Source: Opitutus sp. GAS368 (GTDB lineage: Bacteria; Verrucomicrobiota; Verrucomicrobiia; Opitutales; Opitutaceae). From it: a stretch of 64,000 nt of DNA. A model generated the notes under the pieces. It was not told where the DNA came from and did not search any database. It saw only the letters and a list, made by a program, of their open reading frames with translations. The stretch is taken from positions 826 through 64,825 of the forward strand of contig CAMCHO010000005.1 in NCBI GenBank assembly GCA_945874455.1. The letters are read 5' to 3'. Position numbers and translations under genes: made by a program. Of the stretch, positions 7,887-17,352 are shown piece after piece. Position 1 is the first letter of the stretch. The number at the start of each line of letters is the position of its first letter.

Positions 7887-10097
7887 GTGATTATTTCCAA
7901 AGCCGACCTCTCCGCCCTGCTTCAAGCGAAACATGCCACGCCCCACTCTGTGCTCGGCATGCATCCCCTGACGCGGAACCGGAGCCAAGGTGTCGTGGTG
8001 CGGGCGTTCTTGAGCGGCGTCGCGGCCTGTGAAGTGGTGGAGCTCGACGCTCAGCCGCCGCTGGCGCACCCGATGAAGTCTGTGGCTGCGGAAGGCGTTT
8101 TCGAGGTCTTCATCGCCAAGCGACCGACGGTCTTCCGCTACCAATTAAGGGCTACTTACGCGAACGGCGAAATCTGGCAGTTCTTCGATCCCTACTGCTT
8201 TCTGCCGACGCTCGGGGATCAGGATCTGTTCCTGTTCAATGAGGGTAATGAACATCGGATCTATGATAAACTCGGTTCTCACCTGCGCACCCTGGGTGGT
8301 GTGACCGGAGTTTCGTTTGCCGTGTGGGCACCGTCGGCCTCGAGGGTTTCGGTCGTCGGCAATTTCAATCGCTGGGATGGTCGCTTTCATCCGATGCGCG
8401 CGCTCGGCGCGTCGGGGGTGTGGGAGTTGTTTGTGCCGGGCCTCGGCGAGGGCGAGCTCTACAAATTTGAAATCCGCGACCAGCGCGGCGGTCTTTTGAT
8501 TAAGACGGATCCCTATGGCACCTGCTTTGAGCCGCCACCGAACAACGCCGCGATCGTCTGCAACACCGCGAAATTTCAGTGGAGCGATGGCGCGTGGATG
8601 GACCAGCGTCGCGCGCAGGCCGGTCAGCTCGACCGGCCGATGTCGGTTTACGAAGTTCACCTCGGTTCGTGGAAGCGTAAGCCCGAGGACGCTGACCGTC
8701 CCCTGACGTATCGGGAGTTGGCGGTGCAACTCGCCGACTACGCCGTCGACATGGGCTTCACGCATATCGAGGTGATGCCGTTGGCGGAACATCCCTTCGA
8801 CGGTTCGTGGGGTTATCAGGTCACGGGCTTTTACGCGCCCACGCACCGCTTTGGGACGCCCGAGGATTTCGCGTGGTTTGTCGACCACCTGCACAGCCGC
8901 GGGCTGGGGGTGATTCTCGACTGGGTGCCTGCCCATTTTCCCCGCGACAGTTTTGCCCTCGCGGAATTTGATGGCACGCATCTCTACGAACACGCAGATC
9001 CCCGCCAAGGTGCCCACATGGATTGGGGTACGCTGATTTTTAACTACGGCCGCAATGAAGTCCGCTGTTTCCTGATCGCTAATGCGCTCGCGTGGCTCGA
9101 GCGCTATCACCTCGACGGCCTGCGCGTCGATGCCGTGGCTTCGATGCTCTACCTCGATTACTCGCGCAAGGAAGGCGAGTGGGTGCCGAACAAGCTTGGC
9201 GGCCGAGAAAATCTCGAAGCGATCGATTTTCTCCGGCGGGTAAACGATCTCGTGCATCAGTATCACCCTGGGGTGTTGATGATCGCAGAGGAGAGCACGT
9301 CGTTTCCCGGGGTGAGCACGCCCTCCACCGAGGGCGGGCTTAGTTTCGATCTTAAGTGGAACATGGGCTGGATGAACGACACGCTTCGCTATTTCGCGAA
9401 GGAGTCGGTGGTCCGTCGCCATCATCACAGCGGGCTGACTTTTGGTATGTTATATCAGTATACCGAAAAATTTGTGACGGTATTTTCCCACGACGAGGTG
9501 GTGCACGGAAAATCCTCGATGCTGTTTAAGATGGGCGCTTGGAACATTGCGGAAAAAGCCGCGCACCTGCGTTCACTCTACGCACACATGTGGGCTTGGC
9601 CCGGCAAGAAGCTGCTTTTCATGGGCAATGAGTTCGCGCAATCGCGCGAGTGGGCCCACGACCGCAGCCTCGACTGGCATCTCTGCCACTATCCCGACCA
9701 CGAAGGGGTGCGTCTGTTGGTCCGCGACTTGAACAAGCTCTACACGAGTGAGCCCGTGCTCGGCGCTAATGATTTCAATCCGCACGGTTTCCGTTGGCTT
9801 TCGTGTCACGATTCGGACGCCAACGTGATCGCGTATCTTCGCTCGGATGCGGCGGAGTGCACGCTCTTCGCCGTCGTCGGTCACTTCGGGGGCGCGACGC
9901 GTAACTACCGCATCGGAGTTCCGCGACATGGTTTTTGGCGAGAGGTCTTGAACACCAACAGCGAATACTATGGCGGTAGCGGCCTCGGCAATGACGGCGG
10001 GCGCAACACCGAGGACGTGGCGCACGACGGCTTCGGTCAGTCGTTCAACGTGACGCTCCCGGCCCACACGACGGCGATCTTCAAATGGATGGCGTAG
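7887..10097 (+). CDS. glgB: 1,4-alpha-glucan branching enzyme
   Basis: The length is right (736 aa) and GH13 motifs are present (GVILDWVPAHF, GLRVDAVASMLY, MIAEEST, FSHDEVVHGK). Confidence 0.95.
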   Translation: MIISKADLSALLQAKHATPHSVLGMHPLTRNRSQGVVVRAFLSGVAACEVVELDAQPPLAHPMKSVAAEGVFEVFIAKRPTVFRYQLRATYANGEIWQFFDPYCFLPTLGDQDLFLFNEGNEHRIYDKLGSHLRTLGGVTGVSFAVWAPSASRVSVVGNFNRWDGRFHPMRALGASGVWELFVPGLGEGELYKFEIRDQRGGLLIKTDPYGTCFEPPPNNAAIVCNTAKFQWSDGAWMDQRRAQAGQLDRPMSVYEVHLGSWKRKPEDADRPLTYRELAVQLADYAVDMGFTHIEVMPLAEHPFDGSWGYQVTGFYAPTHRFGTPEDFAWFVDHLHSRGLGVILDWVPAHFPRDSFALAEFDGTHLYEHADPRQGAHMDWGTLIFNYGRNEVRCFLIANALAWLERYHLDGLRVDAVASMLYLDYSRKEGEWVPNKLGGRENLEAIDFLRRVNDLVHQYHPGVLMIAEESTSFPGVSTPSTEGGLSFDLKWNMGWMNDTLRYFAKESVVRRHHHSGLTFGMLYQYTEKFVTVFSHDEVVHGKSSMLFKMGAWNIAEKAAHLRSLYAHMWAWPGKKLLFMGNEFAQSREWAHDRSLDWHLCHYPDHEGVRLLVRDLNKLYTSEPVLGANDFNPHGFRWLSCHDSDANVIAYLRSDAAECTLFAVVGHFGGATRNYRIGVPRHGFWREVLNTNSEYYGGSGLGNDGGRNTEDVAHDGFGQSFNVTLPAHTTAIFKWMA

Positions 10098-10121
10098 CGT
10101 CGGACGGGCTTCTCGCCCGAT

Positions 10122-10817
10122 TTATTTTTTCCCTGCCTTCGTGTAGTCCGAAAAAACGACCGTCATCTCGGCGTCGAGCGATTTCACGAGGAAAGCGCGC
10201 CCGCGGAGGTGGGTTGCCACCGTGAGAGGCAGGCTCGGAGTGTTAGCCGAGGGGAGGCTGTAGGTCATGACCGTTTTCATCTCGACGATTTTCACGCCAA
10301 ACGTCGGGCTGAATTCGCCGGTGTTCGCGATCTCGAGCGACTCGATGCATTGGGTCGGTTTATGCACCACGAGAGTCACGCGGAGGAACGCGGCCGTCTT
10401 GTCGCCAGCTTCCCCGGGCTTCAGGGGACAGCGGTAGGTGGCGCGCTCGGGCGTTTCCGAGACGGTCTCGCGATGGGAGAGATCCAGTTGCTCGGTGAGC
10501 AAGGGTGCGGTGCGGTTGCTGGAGCGCCGAGTGAGTTTTTGTTTGTGCTCGTTTTGTTCTTCTTGGCTGGGAGCGCGGCCGTCTTGTGTGAGCAACGTCC
10601 AACGGTCGAACTCAGGCCGGGCGGCGTCGAAGTGCTCCACGCGGCTTTGACCCTGCGCGTGCGTCGTTTGGGTAAATGACCAGCCACGGGGAGCGTCGGT
10701 GCGAAAGGTCTTGAGCGCGCTTGCCAAATCGGGTGGCACGTTCGCCAAGGTCGCGCTCGCGGTCATGCAGAGAAGAAAAAGAAAACGCATCGCGCCGAGG
10801 AAGGGGATGGATCGCAT
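10122..10817 (-). CDS. Hypothetical secreted protein
   Basis: A signal-peptide-like N-terminus (MRFLFLLCMTASATLA) is present, and the start may be the second Met near 10790. I recognise no motif. Confidence 0.5.
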   Translation of the reverse strand: MRSIPFLGAMRFLFLLCMTASATLANVPPDLASALKTFRTDAPRGWSFTQTTHAQGQSRVEHFDAARPEFDRWTLLTQDGRAPSQEEQNEHKQKLTRRSSNRTAPLLTEQLDLSHRETVSETPERATYRCPLKPGEAGDKTAAFLRVTLVVHKPTQCIESLEIANTGEFSPTFGVKIVEMKTVMTYSLPSANTPSLPLTVATHLRGRAFLVKSLDAEMTVVFSDYTKAGKK

Positions 10818-10961
10818 CGGCGCAACTCCTGATGCGGTGAATGGTGACGGTGGAGTGTGTCGCGGGGGGCGGGGCGGGGGCCGTTCGTTGGCCTCGGGTG
10901 ACGGATTCGAGCGAGCCGATTTTCAACGCGTGGCGCGGCAGGCGATCGCGCGCTGGGCGGA

Positions 10962-11444
10962 TCAAGCCAAGGAAAGAATGGTTTGCCCGCCCGCGGTGCC
11001 GTTGCGGCCGGGTATTTGGACCGTCTCGCCGACGCGTTTGCCGAGGAATTGACGGCCGAGCGGTGATTGCGGGGTAAGCACGAGCAAGTCGCGGCCGGCG
11101 ACGCGGAGTTCAATTCCGCCGGCCCGCGGGCCGAGGAAATACCAAGAACTCCGAGTGCGCGTGCCGAGTTCGATTACGGCGCCGAGGGCGATGACGCTGT
11201 CGGGTGCGAAAGCGGGGAGAGGCAGGCCGTCGTAGAGCGCGAGGCTCGTTTCAATTTCCCCGGCCAGCTTGGCCTGTCCTTCGGCGAGGTAGGCGGCCTC
11301 TTGGCCGTGAGTGTCGTATTTGCTTTCGGCCCGGCTCTCTTCGCTGATGGCCTCGTCGCGGGCCAGTTGGGCGGCGCCGGCTTGGAGTGCCAGGGTTGCC
11401 CGGAGGTGATCGAGAATGGCGTCGCGGATGGCTGATTTATTCAC
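10962..11444 (-). CDS. GreA/GreB-family elongation-factor-like protein
   Basis: A coiled-coil N-terminal half is followed by a Gre C-terminal-like segment (LTPQSPLGRQFLGKRVGETV). The start codon is GTG. Confidence 0.65.
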   Translation of the reverse strand: MNKSAIRDAILDHLRATLALQAGAAQLARDEAISEESRAESKYDTHGQEAAYLAEGQAKLAGEIETSLALYDGLPLPAFAPDSVIALGAVIELGTRTRSSWYFLGPRAGGIELRVAGRDLLVLTPQSPLGRQFLGKRVGETVQIPGRNGTAGGQTILSLA

Positions 11445-11635
11445 GCTAAAAAAATTGAGTACAGTGTGCCGCGATCGTTTTTGACCTGCGGCGCATCAAG
11501 GTGGGATACAGGCTCCGCTTCGTCCAGCCCGGCCTGTCAGGGAGCATTCCGCAGGGCCCGAAAAATCAGCGTGATCGACTACACGGGATGCGCTGGTCAG
11601 CGGGACGGAGGGAAATACTTTCTTTTCCAGAGGTG

Positions 11636-11656
11636 TTGTCACGTATTACGTGACAA
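11636..11656. promoter_or_regulatory. Perfect 10-1-10 palindrome TTGTCACGTA-T-TACGTGACAA in an intergenic region
   Basis: Read directly from the sequence. It lies between the 3' end of the glycosidase gene and the 5' end of the Gre-like gene, both on the minus strand. Confidence 0.5.
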
Positions 11657-11765
11657 GTGGTTTCGACATGTTTTGCGAGGAACGAGACGGCGTAAACCGA
11701 GCGCGGATGGAGGATGAGATCGTTTGGCGAGACCAGTCGGACGTCCGCGGGTGATGTCCTTGCCT

Positions 11766-12737
11766 TCAGGGCTTAGGAGGCATTCCAGCGGATCGTAGGG
11801 CCGGAGCGAAAATCGCCAGATTGCTGCCGACGGCGCGACCCCGTAAAGGGCCGGACGCGGTCGTGACGATGCGCCCAGTCCGCGTGAGGGAATCTTGGAG
11901 CACCAGCGTGGTGGATCCGCCTCCGTCGAGGTTCAAGGCCTGGGCCGTGCGGTAGTCCTTGATCAATAAATCCGCCGCTTCCCCCACGGTCATCCCGGCG
12001 GAACCGCCGGCCTGTTCGACCGCCAGCAAGACCAACGTTTTCTGATCGGCCGTGATGCCGACAGCGGTGCGCGCGCGCGGGAGGTCATACCACGAGTGGT
12101 TGTCAGAATAAGTCTTCGACGCTTTCAGGCCGTCAGGCAGGTGGGAGTAGTGCGGGATAGTCTTTACTCCGTCGGTCACAATTTGCGCGCTGCCGGAAAG
12201 CACGTTCCACGGGACGATCCGCGGTAAGCAGTGGCGGTTGTCCGCATAGTCCGGATCGCGGCGCACGAGGGTGACGCGGTTGGCCTCATCGATATTGAGG
12301 GCGGGAGCATAGGCCATGATCGCGTAGCTCTGATCACTATAAGCGGACCCGAACGGTTGGGCTTCGAACGGAGAGTAGACTTTGCCCTGCGAGGCGGCGA
12401 AGCCGACCACATTGGCCTCCACTTCGTCGGACGGGAAGGGCACGAAGAAATGAACGTTGAGAGCGATCTGCGCTTTTTCCTGCGTCAAGAAATCCAGCGT
12501 GGTCTGCCTCACCGTATCGCGACTGCCACTGGGCGGCGTGAGTTTGAAGGAGAGGCCCGGGGTCGTGAGGTCTACCAGCACGACATGCAGACGAACGTTT
12601 CGCGGGGACACTTCGGACCGGGCGATGAGCGTGATACCAGCGAATGGCTGCGTGACGATCTCAGCGGCGCGGGCCATCAGCACTCCACTCACGCACAGAG
12701 CCAGCAGGAGGTGGCGTTGGTTTCGTATCCGCATCAT
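11766..12737 (-). CDS. Phosphodiester glycosidase family protein (DUF2233/NAGPA-like), secreted
   Basis: The C-terminal LNLDGGGSTTLVL motif is present. I place the start at MMRIRNQRHLLLALCVSGVLMARA (a signal peptide) rather than at the ORF start 12920, which would overlap the next gene. Confidence 0.65.
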   Translation of the reverse strand: MMRIRNQRHLLLALCVSGVLMARAAEIVTQPFAGITLIARSEVSPRNVRLHVVLVDLTTPGLSFKLTPPSGSRDTVRQTTLDFLTQEKAQIALNVHFFVPFPSDEVEANVVGFAASQGKVYSPFEAQPFGSAYSDQSYAIMAYAPALNIDEANRVTLVRRDPDYADNRHCLPRIVPWNVLSGSAQIVTDGVKTIPHYSHLPDGLKASKTYSDNHSWYDLPRARTAVGITADQKTLVLLAVEQAGGSAGMTVGEAADLLIKDYRTAQALNLDGGGSTTLVLQDSLTRTGRIVTTASGPLRGRAVGSNLAIFAPALRSAGMPPKP

Positions 12738-12873
12738 GAGTTCCGAGCGTAGGAGTGGAATGGGCCGGGAGGCGAGGCTCCGCTGAATATGACTGCGGCC
12801 ATGCTCGGTCACGGCGAGGCGGGTGCGAAACCGGGATTGAAATTCGCGCCGCGTTCGTTGCGGTGAGGATCGC

Positions 12874-13593
12874 ATGGTTAACCCAATCAAAAATATCCAC
12901 GGCGAGCGCCTCGATTTCACGTTTCATCCGGGGGCGCCGGGCGCCGCGCAGCTCGTCATCATCGGACACGGCGTGACGGGTCACAAGGATCGGCCGTTTC
13001 TTGTCGCGCTGGCCGAGGGGCTCGCGGGCGCGGGGATTCCGGTGCTGCGGATTTCGTGGTCCGGCAACGCGGGCTCCGAGGGGCGCTTCGCTGATTGCAC
13101 GATTTCGAAGGAGGTCGCCGACCTCGGGGCAGTGCTCGATGCGTGCGCGGGCTACACGGTCACCTACGTTGGTCACAGTATGGGTGGTGCGGTCGGCGTG
13201 TTGCGGGCGAGTACGGACCCGCGGATTCGCCGGCTCATCTCGCTGGCCGGGATGGTGAACACGCGGACTTTTGCGGAGCATCACTTTGGTGCGCTCACGC
13301 CGGGCCGCGATCTCATGTGGGGTAAACCCGGCTGCGTGCTCTCGCCTGCGTACATGGACGATCTACGCCGTATCGGTTCGGTCGTCGGGGAGGCTGCGGA
13401 AATTGCAGTGCCGTGGCTGCTCGTGCACGGCAATGCTGATACACTCGTCCCGTTGCAGGATTCGCGCGATGCGTTGGCCCTGGCTCGTGGGCCGACGGAG
13501 CTTGTGGAGCTCGACGGCTGCGACCACGTCTGGGAACCGGGCTTCACCCCACAGATGGTGGCGACGGTCTTGGCGTGGTGCGTCAAAACCTAG
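12874..13593 (+). CDS. Alpha/beta hydrolase
   Basis: It has the nucleophile elbow GHSMGG, a later HGNAD motif and a terminal His (CDHVW). Confidence 0.7.
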   Translation: MVNPIKNIHGERLDFTFHPGAPGAAQLVIIGHGVTGHKDRPFLVALAEGLAGAGIPVLRISWSGNAGSEGRFADCTISKEVADLGAVLDACAGYTVTYVGHSMGGAVGVLRASTDPRIRRLISLAGMVNTRTFAEHHFGALTPGRDLMWGKPGCVLSPAYMDDLRRIGSVVGEAAEIAVPWLLVHGNADTLVPLQDSRDALALARGPTELVELDGCDHVWEPGFTPQMVATVLAWCVKT

Positions 13594-13764
13594 GTGGCTG
13601 GTGAGGTGCAGCCCGCGGTAGCGCGTCGTCTCGCGGAGGTACCGGAGGAAACCGGCATCGCGAGAGAGCGATTGCCGCCACCGGACATGAGCTGGCAGCC
13701 GGAGCTGATTTCACGTAGATTGTGCTCGCCTGCGCGTGTCTAGCCGACGTGCTTTCACGGCAAC

Positions 13765-14382
13765 ATGAAGTCACCGAACAAACGTTTGCTGTGGGTAGTC
13801 GCCCTGCTGGTTGTTGGCACTGCCACGTTGCTGAGTTCCGGCGTTGAATCAGAGAAGCCCGCGCCGGATTTTACTTTTACCGACCTCGCGGGAAAGACGC
13901 AGAAACTCTCCGACTTTCGGGGTAAGGTGGTGGTGCTGGAATGGCTCAATCCGGCGTGTCCGTATGTGGTGCGGCATTACCGAAGCGGAAATATGCAGAG
14001 CACGCAGACGGTGGCGGCCGCCGACGGAGCCGTTTGGCTGCAGGTGAATTCCACGGCGATGGGCGATCTCGATCCGGAGAAATCCGTGGAGTGGCAGAAG
14101 AAGCAGGGCGTGGTGGCCACGGCCTACATTCGTGATCAGAGCGGGAAATTGGGCCGACTATTCGGCGCGCAGACCACTCCGCATTGTTTCGTCATCGGCA
14201 GCGACGGCACCCTCGCATACCAGGGAGCGATCGACGATCAATCGCAGGCCACCCAAGCAAACACCCCCGCTGCGCACAATTACGTGAAGGCGGCCCTGGC
14301 GGCCTTAAGGGCGGGCCAGTCGGTGGCAAAAGCGACGACCCAGCCCTATGGCTGCGGCGTCAAATACGGCGACGGTAGTTGA
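13765..14382 (+). CDS. Secreted thioredoxin-fold (redoxin/AhpC-TSA-like) protein
   Basis: A signal peptide is followed by F..GKVVVLEWLNPACPYV, a thioredoxin-fold active-site context with a single visible Cys. Confidence 0.55.
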   Translation: MKSPNKRLLWVVALLVVGTATLLSSGVESEKPAPDFTFTDLAGKTQKLSDFRGKVVVLEWLNPACPYVVRHYRSGNMQSTQTVAAADGAVWLQVNSTAMGDLDPEKSVEWQKKQGVVATAYIRDQSGKLGRLFGAQTTPHCFVIGSDGTLAYQGAIDDQSQATQANTPAAHNYVKAALAALRAGQSVAKATTQPYGCGVKYGDGS

Positions 14383-14400
14383 GCTTCGGCCTCACGAAGA

Positions 14401-15321
14401 TTGAAAAAATCGTCGACCAGCACGCCTCCGATAAAAGCGGTGCCGCTGCCTACGCGCGAGGGTGTCAGCCCGAGCTGCGTCGTTCTGCCGACGGGGCTGT
14501 GGCCGACGATTCGCGATTTTCTTGTTCAGCGTTTTCCCGGTATCTCGGCCGAGACCTGGGCGGCGCGGATCCAAGCCGGCGAGGTGCGCGATGAGCAGGG
14601 CGTGACGGTGAGTGCGGAGCGCGCCTTTCAACCCCATTTACGCGTTTACTATTACCGCGCGCTGCCAGCCGAGCCGCGCATCCCGTTCGACGAAGTGGTG
14701 GTGTTCCAAGACGATTACCTGGTTGTAGCCGACAAGCCCCACTTTCTCCCTGTCATCCCTAGTGGTCGCTACGTGCAAGAAACGCTTTTGGTCCGTCTCA
14801 AACGAACGCTCGGCCTCGATAATCTCGCGCCGATCCACCGGATCGACCGTGAGACCGCCGGACTCGTGGTCTTCACGATTCAACCGGCGACGCGCGGTGT
14901 TTATCAAAACATGTTTCTCGAGAAGACCGTCCAGAAATACTACGAAGCCATCGCGCCGTGGCGGCCCGAGTTGGCCTGGCCTTTGACCTACCGTAGCCGA
15001 CTCGAGGAAAATCCTGAGCGATTCATGCAGGTGCGGGAGGTCGCCGGCGAACCCAATGCCGAGACGCGGATCGAGGTGCTCGAAGTGCGCGGGGCCTTGG
15101 CCCGCTACGGCCTGTCGCCGATCACAGGTCGCAAACACCAGTTGCGCGCCCACTGCGCCGCGCTCGGTATGCCGATCTGCCACGATCAGATTTATCCGGT
15201 CCACCACGCGGAAAACACCGACGACTACACCAAGCCCCTGCAACTGCTGGCTAAATCAATCACGTTTCCTGATCCGATCAGCGGTGAGCCGCGGAGTTTT
15301 ACGAGTCCGCGAACGTTGTAG
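14401..15321 (+). CDS. RluA-family pseudouridine synthase
   Basis: It carries the catalytic motif HRIDRETAGLVVF and a downstream GRKHQLRAH. The exact start is uncertain (TTG at 14401). Confidence 0.8.
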   Translation: MKKSSTSTPPIKAVPLPTREGVSPSCVVLPTGLWPTIRDFLVQRFPGISAETWAARIQAGEVRDEQGVTVSAERAFQPHLRVYYYRALPAEPRIPFDEVVVFQDDYLVVADKPHFLPVIPSGRYVQETLLVRLKRTLGLDNLAPIHRIDRETAGLVVFTIQPATRGVYQNMFLEKTVQKYYEAIAPWRPELAWPLTYRSRLEENPERFMQVREVAGEPNAETRIEVLEVRGALARYGLSPITGRKHQLRAHCAALGMPICHDQIYPVHHAENTDDYTKPLQLLAKSITFPDPISGEPRSFTSPRTL

Positions 15322-15897
15322 CGGAGCCGGGCGGCATTTCAAATGGTCGTCCACCTCAGCGCGTTCCACAGCCGCGAGCAGCGGCGGTACGTCCTTCCCT
15401 CTCACGCTCGCGTCGCTGCGATGGTGCAACCACGCGACGGCGAGATCCTGATCCGCGAAGAACTGCGCCTTGGGATCGCCTGCGGGCCGGCCCAGACGGG
15501 AAACCCAGAGGGGAACATGACCAACAGCGTCGGTGGTTTGACGCGCGGTTTGCGCGGCCAGGCGAGATAGCCGGTAAGACGAACGCTGGCGCAGGGCTGA
15601 TCCGTTAGCCCGTTGGCCCGAGCTTGGTCGGAGGGCAACGGCGCCCCCGGCTGGGCAACGGAGTGCAGGTCGTCGCTGTTTTTCAGGGGTGAAGCATCGA
15701 AGAAGCGCTGACCACCGTGACGAGGGCCGCGGCCTCGCTCTCGGGTGCGGCGAAGTCCGCAGCCGCGATTGCGCAGTGAGCGCGTACTCAGTAACGCCCG
15801 CATGGCGCGCGGGGATTTCATGATTGCCTAAAGTGGAGGGCGCACGTTTCGGACCGGCACCCACGAGCCGCTCGTACGCCGAATATTCCCTCTGGTC

Positions 15898-16662
15898 ATG
15901 GACGGCGCGGCCGACAACCTCTCGCAATCCATGAGTCGCGAAATATGTTACCGTTGTTATTGGCCGTTGCGCCATTGCTGGTGCGGCTCGATCACACCGA
16001 TGCCGACGCGCACGAAATTTGTGTTTCTCATGCACCCCTATGAATTCAAACGGGTGAAGGCGAATACCGGCCGGCTCACGCACCTCTGCCTACGCGACAG
16101 CGAGCTTCACCTCGGCATCAGCTTTGACGGACACGAGGCCGTGCAGGCATTGATCAACGATCCGCAGAATTATCCCGTCCTGCTTTATCCGGGCCACGGT
16201 GCGAGGGATCTTTCGCAAGGGGAACTCCACGCTACCGACTTCGCGGACCGGCGGCTGGTCGTATTTTTGCTGGATGCCACGTGGCGGCTGGTGCGTCCGA
16301 TGTTCCGCACGAGCCTCAGCCTGCAACGGTTACCGCGTATCATGTTTTCGAATGCGGCGCCGAGCCGCTACGTCATCAAGCGGCAGCCGGAGCCGGGCTG
16401 CCTCTCAACGCTCGAAGCCACGCACGAACTCCTCCTCGCCCTTGATCGCTCCGGTCTCGATCACTACGCCCAACCGGAGCAACTGCTCGGGCTGTTTCAG
16501 CGCATGCAGGAGTTTCAGCTCCGTTGTACGGCCGGCAACCCACGTGGTCGTGATCGCCGGGCCGGACCCAGCGCGCCGAAGGTGCGACCGCCCGTGGTGC
16601 CGGACGCTACACCGAAACGTCGGAGAATATTTCCGGCGGCGGTGGTGGCGGTGGCGAGCTGA
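15898..16662 (+). CDS. DTW-domain protein (tRNA-uridine aminocarboxypropyltransferase, TapT/TuaA-like)
   Basis: An N-terminal Cys cluster (CYRCYWPLRHCWC) and the DTW motif context (VFLLDATWRL) are both present. Confidence 0.7.
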   Translation: MDGAADNLSQSMSREICYRCYWPLRHCWCGSITPMPTRTKFVFLMHPYEFKRVKANTGRLTHLCLRDSELHLGISFDGHEAVQALINDPQNYPVLLYPGHGARDLSQGELHATDFADRRLVVFLLDATWRLVRPMFRTSLSLQRLPRIMFSNAAPSRYVIKRQPEPGCLSTLEATHELLLALDRSGLDHYAQPEQLLGLFQRMQEFQLRCTAGNPRGRDRRAGPSAPKVRPPVVPDATPKRRRIFPAAVVAVAS

Positions 16663-17236
16663 CGTGGTGGGTTTCGGTGGATAGCTCTCGCCGGAGCGCT
16701 CGTTGGCGACAGCGGCGGTATCGAAATTGCCTCACTCCGATCGATAAGTGCGGGCGAGTTTCCGATGACGCGTGCGAATGCTTTACGCCCGAGGGGTCGC
16801 TTCCTGTTCCGGCAACGGCAACGCGGTCCCGGCATTTATCCACGGCGGAACGGGTGATCTTCCGCGGGTTCATCCTTTTGGAGGAAGGCGTTGATCAAGA
16901 GAGCCCTGTTTACAGTCGCAGTCGCGATGCTGACGCCGTTCAGGCGATCTCCACGACCTGCTTGCGCTCGTCGTTTATCTTCAATCCAGCCACCAACCGA
17001 TCGATCGTTTCGAAGTTATTCTATTTCTGCTTGCCGGCCACCTTGAACCCTCCGTAGAACTATTTGCTTTCAGGGTTCTTTAGTAGGTTTGGAATCTTCC
17101 GGTCGACGTCCCATCCACTTTTTTATTTTTAGTCTTAGGCCCGTTTTTCGTGGTTGAGATCTGAGTGTAAAAAGGGGGTGAGAATGAGATTTGTTTAACG
17201 AAAAACTTACCTAAGCACTTTGATCATCAGTTATTT

Positions 17237-17312
17237 GCCGAGCTAGCTCAGTTGGTAGAGCAACGCTTTCGTAAAGCGTGGGTCATCGGTTCAATTCCGA
17301 TGCTCGGCTCCA
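17237..17312 (+). tRNA. tRNA-Thr (anticodon CGT), with encoded CCA
   Basis: I folded the cloverleaf by hand. The acceptor stem is GCCGAGC/GCTCGGC, the D stem GCTC/GAGC, the anticodon stem ACGCT/AGCGT with loop TTCGTAA, and the T arm ATCGG-TTCAATT-CCGAT. The discriminator is T, followed by CCA. Confidence 0.9.
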
Positions 17313-17320
17313 GTTTCAAG

Positions 17321-17352
17321 ACCCCGCGTGGCTTCACCGCCCGCGGGGTTTT
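17321..17352 (+). terminator. Rho-independent terminator after tRNA-Thr, abutting the stop of the convergent LON-domain gene
   Basis: The stem ACCCCGCG/CGCGGGGT has a 13-nt loop and is followed by TTT. Confidence 0.6.

Noticed and set aside
8145-9428. 427-aa minus-strand ORF inside glgB, with similar long antisense ORFs at 24619..25809 (AsmA-like gene), 55199..56302 (rho), 57935..58711, 58659..59480 and 59803..61077 (pil ATPases)
   Set aside because: All of them lie antisense to genes with strong catalytic motifs and have Arg/Gly/Asp/His-rich compositions. I treat them as GC-composition artefacts.
11500-11625. Faint resemblance of CTGGTCAGCGGGACGGAGGGAAA to the conserved SRP (4.5S) RNA helix-8 region
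   Set aside because: The GGAA tetraloop context and the symmetric-loop nucleotides do not line up, and I could not draw the flanking helix 5 pairing. This is not supportable without a covariance-model search.
15256-16083. 275-aa minus-strand ORF, and the 139-aa ORF at 15402..15821
   Set aside because: Both are Arg/Pro/Ala/Ser-rich and overlap the 3' end of the pseudouridine synthase gene and the 5' end of the DTW gene. They have no motifs. Only a short internal stretch looks protein-like, and that is noted as a possible remnant in the findings.
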